Assembly (NCBI GenBank): GCA_963832165.1
Contig: CAWHTE010000004.1
Coordinates: forward strand, 256,001 to 320,000
Direction of reading: 5' to 3'
Source of the DNA: an uncultured delta proteobacterium
GTDB lineage: Bacteria; Myxococcota_A; UBA9160; SMWR01
Length of the DNA stretch: 64,000 bases
In this document: piece after piece, positions 36,700 through 46,154 of the stretch
How positions within the stretch are numbered: the stretch's first letter is position 1
Layout of the letters: every line of letters begins with the position of its first letter
Made by a program: the position numbers and the translations under genes
Notes under the pieces: model-generated
Databases searched by the model: none
What the model saw: the letters and a program-made list of their open reading frames with translations, nothing else
Told to the model about the DNA's origin: nothing

Positions 36700-38045
36700 G
36701 CACCGCACCGCACATCGCGGTGGTGGGCGGCGGGCTCGCGGGGATCACCGCAGCGCTCGCGTGCGCCGACGTGGGTGCGCGCGTGAGCCTGTTCGAGGCG
36801 CGCGCGTGCCTGGGTGGCGCAACGTACTCGATCGAGAAGCGCGGGCTCTCCATCGACAACGGCCAGCACGTGTTCATGCGCTGCTGCACGGCCTACCGCG
36901 GGCTGCTCGCACGCCTGAGCGTCGAGCGGCTCGCGCCGCTCCAGCCGCGCCTCGCGGTGCCGGTGGCGGCACCGGGGCGTCCGCTCGCGTGGATCCGGCG
37001 CCACCCGCTGCCCGCGCCGGCGCACCTCGCGCCGAGCCTGCTCGGCTTTCCCCACCTTCCGTTCGCGGCGCGGCTGCGCGCCGCGAACGTGGCGCGAACG
37101 TTCGCAGCGCTCGATCCCGACGATGCGCGCCTCGACGAGATCTCGCTCGGCTCCTGGCTCGGCGAGCGCGGCGTTCGTGACGAGGCATCGCTCGCGTTCT
37201 GGGATCTGCTGATCCGGCCCACGCTCAACGTGCGGGCTGCGGACGCGTCGCTCGCGCTCGTCGCGCGCGTGCTGCGCACGGGCTTCCTCGACCGCGCCGA
37301 CGCCGCGGACATCGGGCTGCCCGCAGTGCCGTTCTCCGTTCTGCACGACGGTCCCGCGCGGCGTGCGCTGCGCGCGAGGGGCGCCGCGGTGGAGCTGCGC
37401 GCCGCGGTGCGCGGGCTGGCTGCCGATACGCGGGGCGTGTCGCTGCAGGTCGGCGGGGAGTCGCTGCGCGCCGACGCCGTGATCCTCGCGGTGCCGCCCG
37501 ACGCGGCTGCGCGCCTCGCGCCCGCCGAGGCGGGGCTCGACGCGGTGGCGCTCGAGCGGCTCGGCGCATCGCCGATCGTGAACCTGCACGTGTGGTTCGA
37601 CCGGCCCGTGATGGACCGCCCGTTCGTGGCGGGCTGGGGCACGCCGCTTCAGTGGATCTTCGACCGCACGCGCGCGGCGGGCGCCGAACGCGGTCAGCTG
37701 CTCACGGTGTCGTTGTCGGCCGCGCGCGAGTGGATCGGGTGCAGCCGCGCCGAGCTGCGCGCGCACTTCCTGCCCGCGTTCTGCGCACTGTTTCCGGCCG
37801 CGCGCGACGCCGAGGTGCTCGACTTCTTCGCGCTCTCGGATCCCGCCGCGACCTTCCTCCAGGTGCCCGGCACGCGCCGGCTGCGGCCCGCCGTCGCGAC
37901 ACGACATACTTCGGTGTACCTCGCGGGCGCCTGGACCGACACGGGATGGCCGGCCACGATGGAAGGCGCGGTGCGCAGTGGCACCGCGGCCGCACATGCC
38001 GCGCTGCGCGCGCTCGCGCGCGTACCGCACGCGGAGGCTGCATGA
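36696..38045 (+). CDS. hpnE: Hydroxysqualene dehydroxylase HpnE (FAD-dependent)
   Basis: VVGGGLAG, IDNGQHVF, SPIVNLH and LAGAWTDTGWPATMEGAVRSG. Confidence 0.92.
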   Translation: MSTAPHIAVVGGGLAGITAALACADVGARVSLFEARACLGGATYSIEKRGLSIDNGQHVFMRCCTAYRGLLARLSVERLAPLQPRLAVPVAAPGRPLAWIRRHPLPAPAHLAPSLLGFPHLPFAARLRAANVARTFAALDPDDARLDEISLGSWLGERGVRDEASLAFWDLLIRPTLNVRAADASLALVARVLRTGFLDRADAADIGLPAVPFSVLHDGPARRALRARGAAVELRAAVRGLAADTRGVSLQVGGESLRADAVILAVPPDAAARLAPAEAGLDAVALERLGASPIVNLHVWFDRPVMDRPFVAGWGTPLQWIFDRTRAAGAERGQLLTVSLSAAREWIGCSRAELRAHFLPAFCALFPAARDAEVLDFFALSDPAATFLQVPGTRRLRPAVATRHTSVYLAGAWTDTGWPATMEGAVRSGTAAAHAALRALARVPHAEAA

Positions 38046-39954
38046 GACGCGAACCCGAGACGGCGTGGGGCAGCGCGGCGCGCGGCGCCGGCGCACGCAG
38101 CGCCGCAAGCGAGGCGCTCGACCGCGCGGTCGCGCACCTGCTCGAGCTCCAGAACGCCGAGGGCTGGTGGAAGGGCGAGCTCGAGACGAACGTGACGATG
38201 GACGCCGAGGACCTGCTCATGCGCGAGTTCCTCGGGATCCGCACGCGCGAGGAGACGGCGCTCGCGGCGAACTGGATCCGCAGCAAGCAGCGCGAGGACG
38301 GGAGCTGGGCGACCTACTACGGCGGACCGGCCGATCTCTCGACGACGATCGAAGCCTACGCGGCGCTGCGGCTCGCGGGCGACCCGCCCGAGGCCGAGCA
38401 TATGAAGCGCGCGCGCGAGGTGGTTCTGGGCCTGGGCGGGATCGAGCACTCCCGCGTGTTCACGCGGATCTGGCTCGCGCTGTTCGGCGAATGGAGCTGG
38501 GACGACCTGCCCGCGCTGCCGCCCGAGGTGATGCTTCTGCCCTCGTGGTTCCCGCTCAACGTGTACGACTTCGCGTGCTGGGCGCGCCAGACGATCGTGC
38601 CGCTCACGATCGTGGGCTCGCACCGGCCCGTGCGTCCGCTGCCGTTCTCGCTCTCCGAGCTGCGCATGGGCGAGCGGCGCGAGACCGTCCACCCTCTTTC
38701 GACCTGGAAGGGCCGGCTGCAGCGCCTCGATCGCGCACTCCAGTGGTACGAGCGGCGCCCGATCCGGAAGCTGCGCGAGCTGTCCCGCCGGCTCGCGTGC
38801 GAGTGGATCCTCCAGAGGCAGGAAGCCGACGGCTCGTGGGGGGGATCCAGCCGCCCTGGGTGTACTCGGTGCTCGCGCTGCACCTCGAGGGCTATCCGCT
38901 CGACCATCCCGCGCTTGCGCGCGCGCTGCACGGCTTCCGGCGCTTCACGATCGAGCAGGGCGACGGTCGCCGGCTCGAGGCATGTCAGTCGCCGGTCTGG
39001 GACACCGCGCTCGCGATGATCGCGCTGCGCGACGCGGGCACACCGCCCGATCACCCGGCGCTGGTCCGGGCGGCGCAGTGGACGCTGCGCGAAGAAGTGC
39101 GCATCCCGGGTGACTGGTGCGTGCGGCGCCCGGCGCTCGAGCCCTCCGGATGGGCGTTCGAGTTCGACAACGACCGCTATCCCGACGTCGACGACACCGC
39201 CGAGGTGATCCTCGCGCTGCGAGCGGCGCGCTCGGGCGACGACGCCGCGCAGGACGCCTCGCTCGCGCGCGCGATCGCGTGGACCTGGGGCATGCAGTCC
39301 TCCGATGGAGGCTTCGCCGCGTTCGACGCCGACAACACGCGCGAACTCTGCCGCCAGCTCCCGTTCTGCGATTTCGGCGAGGTGATCGACCCGCCGTCGG
39401 CCGACGTCACTGCGCACGTCGTCGAGATGCTCGCACTCGAGGGGCACGCGGACCACGCGCGCGTGCAGAGTGCGGTCGACTGGCTGCTGCGCGCGCAGGA
39501 GCCGGGCGGGTCGTGGTTCGGGCGCTGGGGCGCGAACCACATCTACGGGACGGGCGCGGTCGTGCCCGCGCTGATCGCGGCGGGTCTGCCCGCTGATCAT
39601 CTCGCGATCCGGCGCGCCGTGCGCTGGCTCCATTCGGTGCAGAACGCCGACGGGGGATTCGGCGAGGACCTGCGTTCGTACACGCCGGAGGGCGCGCCCG
39701 GGCTCGGCGACTCGACCGCATCGCAGACCGCGTGGGCGCTGCTCGCGCTGCTCGCGGCCGGCGAGCGCGGGCGCTCGGTCGAACGAGCGGTGGAGTGGCT
39801 CTCGAGCACACAGCGCGCCGACGGCGACTGGGACGAGCCGCAGTTCACGGGCACCGGCTTCCCGGGCGACTTCTACATCCGCTATCACCTGTATCGGCTC
39901 GTATTCCCGATCCAGGCGCTAGGGCGCTATCTGTCCCTAGAGGTCGGTGAATGA
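38042..39954 (+). CDS. shc: Squalene-hopene cyclase with a 1-nt frameshift at the G7 run 38838-38844
   Basis: QW repeats (QNAEGWW, QREDGSW, QSSDGGF, QEPGGSW), YPDVDDTA catalytic DxDD motif and GTGFPGDFYI. One extra G restores DGSWGGIQPPW. Confidence 0.93.
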
Positions 39955-40538
39955 CGAATGCGGCATCGCTCGTGGTGTTCGCGCCGCTCGCGGTCGAGGC
40001 GATCGCGCTGCGCGCGGGGGCGCGCGAGCTGCGGATCGAGCGCACGGGCATGGGGCCGCGCCGCGCGCGTGCGGCGGCGAAGCGCCACGATCCGACCTGC
40101 GCGAGCGCACTCGCGGTCGCGGGCGTGTGCGGCGCGCTCGATCCCGAGCTCGCACCCGGCAGCGTGTTCGTGCCCGCGGAGCTGCGCACCGGCGACGGTC
40201 GTACGTTCGCGGCCGATGCGGAGGGTCTTGCCGAGGCGCTTCTCGCGCGCGGCATTCCCGTGTACTCCGGCGTCCTGGTCGGCGCCGATCACATCCTGCG
40301 CGCCGAGGAGCGACCCGCGCTGCTCGCGAGCGGTGCGCGCTGCGTCGACATGGAGTCGCCGTGGCTCGCTGTCGCGGCGGCTGGGCGGCCGTTCGCGGTG
40401 CTGCGCGTGGTGTCGGATGGACCCGGCGCAGAGCTGTGGAGCCCGAACGTCCTGCGCAACGGCTGGCTCGCGCTCGCGGCGCTGCGCCGCGCCGCGCCCG
40501 CGCTCGTCGACTGGGCGCGCTCCAGAAATCTGAATTGA
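39951..40538 (+). CDS. hpnG: Hopanoid-associated nucleoside phosphorylase-like protein (HpnG-like)
   Basis: RTGMGP, GVCGALDP, CVDMES and LRVVSD match the PNP/MTAN fold; located between shc and hpnH. Confidence 0.75.
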   Translation: MTNAASLVVFAPLAVEAIALRAGARELRIERTGMGPRRARAAAKRHDPTCASALAVAGVCGALDPELAPGSVFVPAELRTGDGRTFAADAEGLAEALLARGIPVYSGVLVGADHILRAEERPALLASGARCVDMESPWLAVAAAGRPFAVLRVVSDGPGAELWSPNVLRNGWLALAALRRAAPALVDWARSRNLN

Positions 40539-40547
40539 GGTGACGTG

Positions 40548-41870
40548 ATGCCGGTCCCGATCTCGCAGATGGCCACGGTGGCGACCTACCTGCTGCGCCA
40601 GAAGCTGCGCGGCGTCGAGCGCTACCCGCTCGTGCTGATGCTCGAGCCGCTCTACCGCTGCAACCTCGCATGCGGGGGCTGTGGGAAGATCCAGTACCCG
40701 GGACGCGTGCTGCGCAAGCACCTCTCGGTGGAAGAGTGCATGGCCGCCGTGGACGAGTGCCCGGCGCCGATGGTGAGCATCCCGGGCGGAGAGCCGCTGC
40801 TGCACCCCGAGATCGACAAGATCGTCGAGGGGCTCGTGGCGCGGAAGAAGTACATCTACCTGTGCACGAACGCGATCCTGCTCGAGGAGAAGCTGCACCT
40901 GTTCCAGCCGAGCAAGTACCTCTCGTTCAGCGTGCACCTCGACGGGCTGCGCGACGAGCACGACGCGGCGGTGTGCCGCGACGGCGTCTTCGACGTGGCG
41001 GTTTCGGCGATCAAGGCGGCGCTCGAGCGCGGCTTCCGCGTCACGACCAACACGACGCTGTTCGACAACTCCGACCCCGAACGCACCGCGGAGTTCTTCG
41101 ACTTCGCGATGGACCTCGGCGTCGAGGGGTTCATGGTGTCGCCGGGCTATGCCTACGCGAAAGCACCCGACCAGGAGCACTGGCTCGGGCGCCAGCGCAC
41201 GGTGGATTTCTTCCGCAAGCTGCTTCACCGCCCCGGCGCGCGGCGCTGGCGCTTCAACCAGTCGCCGCTGTTCATCGAGTTCCTCGCCGGCGCCCAGGAC
41301 TACGAGTGCACGCCCTGGGGCATGCCCGCCTACTCGATCTTCGGTTGGCAGAAGCCCTGCTATTTGATCCAGGACGGCTACGCGCAGAGCTTCCGCGAGC
41401 TGGTCGATGAGACGCGCTGGGAGAACTACGGCCCGAAGAGCGGCAACCCGGCCTGCCAGAACTGCATGGTTCACTGCGGCTTCGAGGCGAGCGCGGTCGA
41501 GGCGGCGTTCTCGACGCCCAAGGGCATGCTCGCGATGCTGCGCGCGATGTTCCGCGGTCCCAAGGTGTCCGCACCGACGGGCATCGTCGCCGGTGGGGCG
41601 CACGTCCCGCAGGTCGCACCCGGGCTCGCGCGCGGCTGGTCGGCGGAGGCGAGTTCGGAATCCCTGCGCGCCGCGTTCGACTACCGCGGCGATGCCACGC
41701 TCACGCTCGACGACGGCCGCGAGATCGAGGGCTACGTGGTCGACGCGCGCGAGGGCGAAGTGCGCGTGTGGGAGAAGAAGGGCACCGGAACCACGCGCAT
41801 CGACAGCTCGCGGATCCGCCGGGTCGCGCTGTCGGGTCGCGATCCGACGCACACGGTGGCCGCGAACTAG
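40548..41870 (+). CDS. hpnH: Adenosylhopane synthase HpnH (radical SAM) with an extra C-terminal domain
   Basis: YPLVLMLEPLYRCNLACGGCGKI (CxxxCxxC), GGEPLLH, CTPWG, KPCYL and CQNCMVHCGFE. Confidence 0.95.
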   Translation: MPVPISQMATVATYLLRQKLRGVERYPLVLMLEPLYRCNLACGGCGKIQYPGRVLRKHLSVEECMAAVDECPAPMVSIPGGEPLLHPEIDKIVEGLVARKKYIYLCTNAILLEEKLHLFQPSKYLSFSVHLDGLRDEHDAAVCRDGVFDVAVSAIKAALERGFRVTTNTTLFDNSDPERTAEFFDFAMDLGVEGFMVSPGYAYAKAPDQEHWLGRQRTVDFFRKLLHRPGARRWRFNQSPLFIEFLAGAQDYECTPWGMPAYSIFGWQKPCYLIQDGYAQSFRELVDETRWENYGPKSGNPACQNCMVHCGFEASAVEAAFSTPKGMLAMLRAMFRGPKVSAPTGIVAGGAHVPQVAPGLARGWSAEASSESLRAAFDYRGDATLTLDDGREIEGYVVDAREGEVRVWEKKGTGTTRIDSSRIRRVALSGRDPTHTVAAN

Positions 41871-41951
41871 TCGCGAGCAGCCCGGAGATCGCTGCGGGCA
41901 AGCCGAGCGATGAAGAGCACGCCGATCGGCTCGGTGCGCAGCGCAAACGGG

Positions 41952-43160
41952 CTAGATGACGCCGCGTTCGCGCAGCCCGCTCACTTCGTCCCAGTCGTAG
42001 CCGAGCAGCTCCGTGAGCAGGATCTCGGTGTGCTGCCCGTGCTCGGGCGCAGGCGCTCGGATCGATCCCGGAGTCTCGGAGAGCCGCACGGGAATGCCCA
42101 CGTACTGGGTCTTGCCATGCGTCGGGTGGTCGAAGTCGACGATGTAGTCGTTCGCGAGCATCTGCGGGTCGGTGGGCAGATCGTTCAGGCTGTTCACGAT
42201 CGTGAAGATGAAGTCGCCTCCCTTGCGCAGGATGTCGAGCCACTCGGCACGCGGCTTCGACGCGAACAGCTGATCCATGATCTCGATCAGCGCCGCGCAG
42301 TTGCCCGCGCGCGCGCCCATCGTCGCGAAGCGCGGGTCGGTCTCCAGATCCGGCCGGCCGATCGCGCGCGCGAAGTCGGCCCAGTAGCGGTCGGGCTGGA
42401 GCATGGCCAGCGCGAGCCACTTGTCGTCGCCGCAGCGGTAGTGGTTCCAGAGCGGGTTGAACGCGCGCGCGCGCGGCATGCGCGGGAACGCGGCGCCATT
42501 GATCAGCCGCGACGTGAGAGAGAGGCCCTGGAGGAAGCTCATGCTGCCGAGATGCGACGCGTCGACCACCTGGCCGATGCCATAGCGCTCGCGCGAGATC
42601 ACGGCCGCGAGCACGCCGTAGGCGAGCAGGATCGCGCCCATCTGATCGGCGACTCCGCCGCCGATCGCCTGCGGCGGCATGTCCGGCTCGCCCGCGGCGA
42701 ACATGATGCCCGAGCGCGCGAGTCCGAGGTGGTCGAACGACGGGTCGCCGCTCTCGGGACCCTCGGGCCCGTAGCCGGTTGCGTTCGCGTAGATCAGGCG
42801 CGGGTTGCGCCCGCGCAGCTCGTCCGCGCCGAGGCCGAGCCGGTCGGCGACGCCCTTGCGGAAGTTCTGGACGAACACGTCCGAGACCGCGGCGAGCCGG
42901 TAGATGATCTCGCGCGCCTCGGGCTGCTTCAGGTCGAGCGCGATGCTCTGCTTGTTGCGGTTGTTGGCCTCGAAGTAGAAGTTCAGGCGGTCCGACTTCT
43001 GACCCGCGATCGCCACGATGCCGCGGCCCGGATCGCCGCCCTCCTTGTTCTCGATCTTGATCACCTCGGCACCGAGATCGCCGAGCATCGCGCTCGCCAC
43101 CGGCCCCTGCTGCCAGATCGTCCAGTCGATCACGCGCAGACCTTCGAGCGGCATCGGCAT
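41952..43160 (-). CDS. Family III CoA-transferase (CaiB/BaiF)
   Basis: LEGLRVID, LGDLGAEVIKIE, NRNKQSIALDLK, DVFVQNFR and APEHGQHT. ATG 43160 follows RBS gaggagg. Confidence 0.95.
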   Translation of the reverse strand: MPMPLEGLRVIDWTIWQQGPVASAMLGDLGAEVIKIENKEGGDPGRGIVAIAGQKSDRLNFYFEANNRNKQSIALDLKQPEAREIIYRLAAVSDVFVQNFRKGVADRLGLGADELRGRNPRLIYANATGYGPEGPESGDPSFDHLGLARSGIMFAAGEPDMPPQAIGGGVADQMGAILLAYGVLAAVISRERYGIGQVVDASHLGSMSFLQGLSLTSRLINGAAFPRMPRARAFNPLWNHYRCGDDKWLALAMLQPDRYWADFARAIGRPDLETDPRFATMGARAGNCAALIEIMDQLFASKPRAEWLDILRKGGDFIFTIVNSLNDLPTDPQMLANDYIVDFDHPTHGKTQYVGIPVRLSETPGSIRAPAPEHGQHTEILLTELLGYDWDEVSGLRERGVI

Positions 43161-43310
43161 GGACAAACCCTCCTCGTAGCCGGGGGTCACAATCTACGGC
43201 GCGGGGCGTAGCGGTGTCTACCAAACGAAATCGGATGCGCGACGTTCCGGTTCTGGGGTACAGGCGCAGCTCTGGGCAGTCGATACCCACGCCTGGAAGG
43301 GGCAGGTCCC

Positions 43311-43976
43311 ATGCGAAGCGAGCTTTCGAGGTATGGCTTCTGGTTCGAACACACCCGGCCGGGTCCGCGCGGGTCGTGGCGGGTCGCGGTCGCCGCGCTC
43401 GTGGCCCTCGCGGGGTGCGCGGGCGTCCTCCCGGCGAAGCAGGAGCCCTTCGATCTCACTCCGCTGATCGAGGCCCAGACCGACCCATCGATCGGCTTGT
43501 CCGCCGCGTTTCCGGATTACGACGCGGTGGTGGTGGGCGGGGTCAACATGGCGGACGGTCGGGATGCGCAGGACGGCGTCGTGGACCTCGTCACGGAGAC
43601 CTACGACTCGGAGCTCGATCCCGCCCAGTCGTGGCTCGTCGATGTGAGTGTGACGCGGTTCGATACGCCGGCGCGAGCGGCTCGAGAAATCGATGCCTCG
43701 TGCAGCTCGTTCTCGCGCGGCGGCGCGTCGGGCCACCCGGTTCGCTGGCGAGATGGCGTCTACTGCATCTCGTCGGTCGTTCACCAGCGCAACGATCCGC
43801 ACAACATGTACCTGCCCGCGAACTTCTATGCGTCGTGGCTGTTCGTGCGCAGCGACCGGATCGTGGTGCGCATGTACGAGCGGCAGAGGCGCTCGGCGAA
43901 GAGCGCCAAGGGCGAGATCATCGCGGAGATCGCCGACCGACTATCGAACGAGATGGCCACCCCGGCCGCAGAGTGA
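43311..43976 (+). CDS. Hypothetical lipoprotein
   Basis: Lipobox LAGC; coding-like composition; fills the gap between neighbouring genes. Confidence 0.6.
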   Translation: MRSELSRYGFWFEHTRPGPRGSWRVAVAALVALAGCAGVLPAKQEPFDLTPLIEAQTDPSIGLSAAFPDYDAVVVGGVNMADGRDAQDGVVDLVTETYDSELDPAQSWLVDVSVTRFDTPARAAREIDASCSSFSRGGASGHPVRWRDGVYCISSVVHQRNDPHNMYLPANFYASWLFVRSDRIVVRMYERQRRSAKSAKGEIIAEIADRLSNEMATPAAE

Positions 43977-43986
43977 CCCGCGCGTC

Positions 43987-46152
43987 TCACCGGAGTACGC
44001 GCAGCAGGTCGCTGTAGTCGTCGGTCCAGAGCGGAGCGCTCGCGATCATCTCGGGCGTCGGCCAGGTCACCGCGGGCCGGTCCAGGCGGATCCCGCGTGA
44101 GCGCGCGCGCAACGCCGCCGCGCGGGCGAGCTCGCGCAGGCGCGGCTCGCTCCGCGAGAGGAACACCCACGTCGAGGGGTTCGACAGGTGCCTCGGCGCC
44201 TGGGCGTTGAACAGCCTCACCGCGTGGACGTCGGCGTCGAGCGCGAGGCGGAAGAGCAACGGCATCAGTTCGAAGTAGCGGCTCGAGATGTGGACCGCGA
44301 GCAGTCCCTCTGGCGCGAGCGAGCCCAGATAGAGCGCGAGCGCCTCGCGCGTGAGCAGGTGCACCGGCACGGCATCGCTGCTGTAGGCGTCCACGATCAG
44401 GAAGTCGAAGAGCGGCGCGTTGCGCGCGCGCTCGGCCGCGAGCGAGATGCGACCATCCCCCTGGATGACCTCGACCTGCGCCGGGCTGCGCGTGAGGAAC
44501 GTGAAGAAGCCCCCGGCGCGAGAGAGACGGATCACCGCCGGGTCGATCTCGAAGAAGCGGAAGTGATCGCCCGGGCGACCGTAGGCCGCGAGCGTGCCCA
44601 CGCCGAGACCGACCACGCCGACCTCGCTCGGTACGTCCGGCTCGCGGAGACCGAGCGCGATCTCGATTCCCGTGTGGATGCCGTAATAGGTGGTGGGCTT
44701 GTCCTCCTGCCCCGCGATCTGCGCGCCGTGCATCGTCGATCCATTCATGAGCGCGCGATAGTTGTGGAAGTCTCCCTGCCTCGCGACGACGCGAAGCACC
44801 CCGAAGAAGCTCCGCTCCTGATGCAGCGCCGGAGCGCGGTCGAAGAGCTGCGCGCCGTAGTATCCGAGCGCGAGCGACACGAGCGCTGCCGCCGTACCGA
44901 ACCGCCACGTCGGTGCGGATCGTCCGAGCCATCCCGTCGGTGTGGCGCGACACGCCGCGAGCAGCAGCACGCACGCGAGCGCGAGCCCGATCGGCACCTC
45001 GTAGAAGCGGTCGAACACGCGCGGTGCGGCGAGACCGACGGCGAGTCCACCGAGTGCACCGCCGCCCGAAGTGCACAGGTAGAACGACGTGAGCGAATGG
45101 GCCGGAGGGCGCAGCCGGTAGAGCTCGCCGTGCAGCACCATGCACGCGCCGAACAGGAGCGCGCTGAACCTGGCGATCTGGAACGGGAGCTGCCCAATCA
45201 GCGCAGCGATCGCGGTGCCTCGGATTCCGAGCGCCTCCGGGAGAACCTGCGCGAGGAAGGCCAGCAGCGCGATCACCGCGAACGGCACGCGCCGATAGAT
45301 CCACGGCGCGCCGAAGCAGAGGATCAGGCTCGCGAGGTAGATCGCGAGCGGCACGATCCACAGGAACGGAATGCTCGCGGTGTCGAGGCACAGCTGATTG
45401 GTGACACCCATGAGGAGCATCACCGCGCACGCCGAGAGCAGCACCCAGAGCGCGAAGCGCGCGGGCTGCGCCCGCTCGATCGGATCGCCCGCGGGCGCGT
45501 CCGCGGCCGGAATGGACGCGGTACCGGCGCGGCGGGCCAGGGCCGCGCACGCGACCACCGCCACAGCCGTCGCCGCGAACGCGGCAGACCAGACCCGGCT
45601 CGTCGTCGAGACCGGCAGACGCGGCTCGAGCGCGAGGGGATAGGCGAGCAGCGCAACCAGCGATCCGAGATTCGAGACCGCGTAGAGCGGGTAGGGCGAA
45701 CGCTTGGGATAGGAGCGCGCGAACCAGACCGCGACGAGGGGCCCGGTCGCCGCGAGCGCGAAGAACGGCAGCGCGACGTTCGCGAAGAGCATCGCGAGGA
45801 TCTGCCCACTCGGATCCCCGCTGCCGTCGGGTCGCCAGGCGTCGCCGGGCAGCACGGGCAGCGCCAGCACGGCCAGGGCGACGACGCCGGCGTGGATCCA
45901 GAGCTGCGCCGCCGCGCTCGCTCGCGCGATCAGCAGATAGGCGTATGCGTAGCCCGCGAACAGCGTCACCTGGTAGAACGCGAGACAGAGCGACCAGACC
46001 GCGGGCACGCCGCCGAACCACGGCACGATCCGCTTCGCGACGAGCGGCTGGACCAGGAAGATCAGATAGGCCGAGGCGAACGTGGTGACGAGGAAGAGCA
46101 ACGCGCCCGACCGGATCGCTTCACTTCTCGGCGGAATCTCCGCGGCGTCCAC
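43987..46152 (-). CDS. Fused membrane / spermidine-synthase-like SAM-dependent transferase (subfamily 2, paralog a)
   Basis: FLVQPLVAKRIVPWFGGVPAVW, PYPLYAVSNLGS, NGSTMHG, VGLGVGTLA, FEIDPAV, GDGR and VDAYSSDAVPVHLLT. Confidence 0.88.
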   Translation of the reverse strand: MDAAEIPPRSEAIRSGALLFLVTTFASAYLIFLVQPLVAKRIVPWFGGVPAVWSLCLAFYQVTLFAGYAYAYLLIARASAAAQLWIHAGVVALAVLALPVLPGDAWRPDGSGDPSGQILAMLFANVALPFFALAATGPLVAVWFARSYPKRSPYPLYAVSNLGSLVALLAYPLALEPRLPVSTTSRVWSAAFAATAVAVVACAALARRAGTASIPAADAPAGDPIERAQPARFALWVLLSACAVMLLMGVTNQLCLDTASIPFLWIVPLAIYLASLILCFGAPWIYRRVPFAVIALLAFLAQVLPEALGIRGTAIAALIGQLPFQIARFSALLFGACMVLHGELYRLRPPAHSLTSFYLCTSGGGALGGLAVGLAAPRVFDRFYEVPIGLALACVLLLAACRATPTGWLGRSAPTWRFGTAAALVSLALGYYGAQLFDRAPALHQERSFFGVLRVVARQGDFHNYRALMNGSTMHGAQIAGQEDKPTTYYGIHTGIEIALGLREPDVPSEVGVVGLGVGTLAAYGRPGDHFRFFEIDPAVIRLSRAGGFFTFLTRSPAQVEVIQGDGRISLAAERARNAPLFDFLIVDAYSSDAVPVHLLTREALALYLGSLAPEGLLAVHISSRYFELMPLLFRLALDADVHAVRLFNAQAPRHLSNPSTWVFLSRSEPRLRELARAAALRARSRGIRLDRPAVTWPTPEMIASAPLWTDDYSDLLRVLR

Positions 46153-46154
46153 CG

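Noticed and set aside
38042..39954. shc, tadE and the TPR gene as true pseudogenes
   Set aside because: Each has one indel and intact motifs on both sides, so assembly error is more parsimonious.
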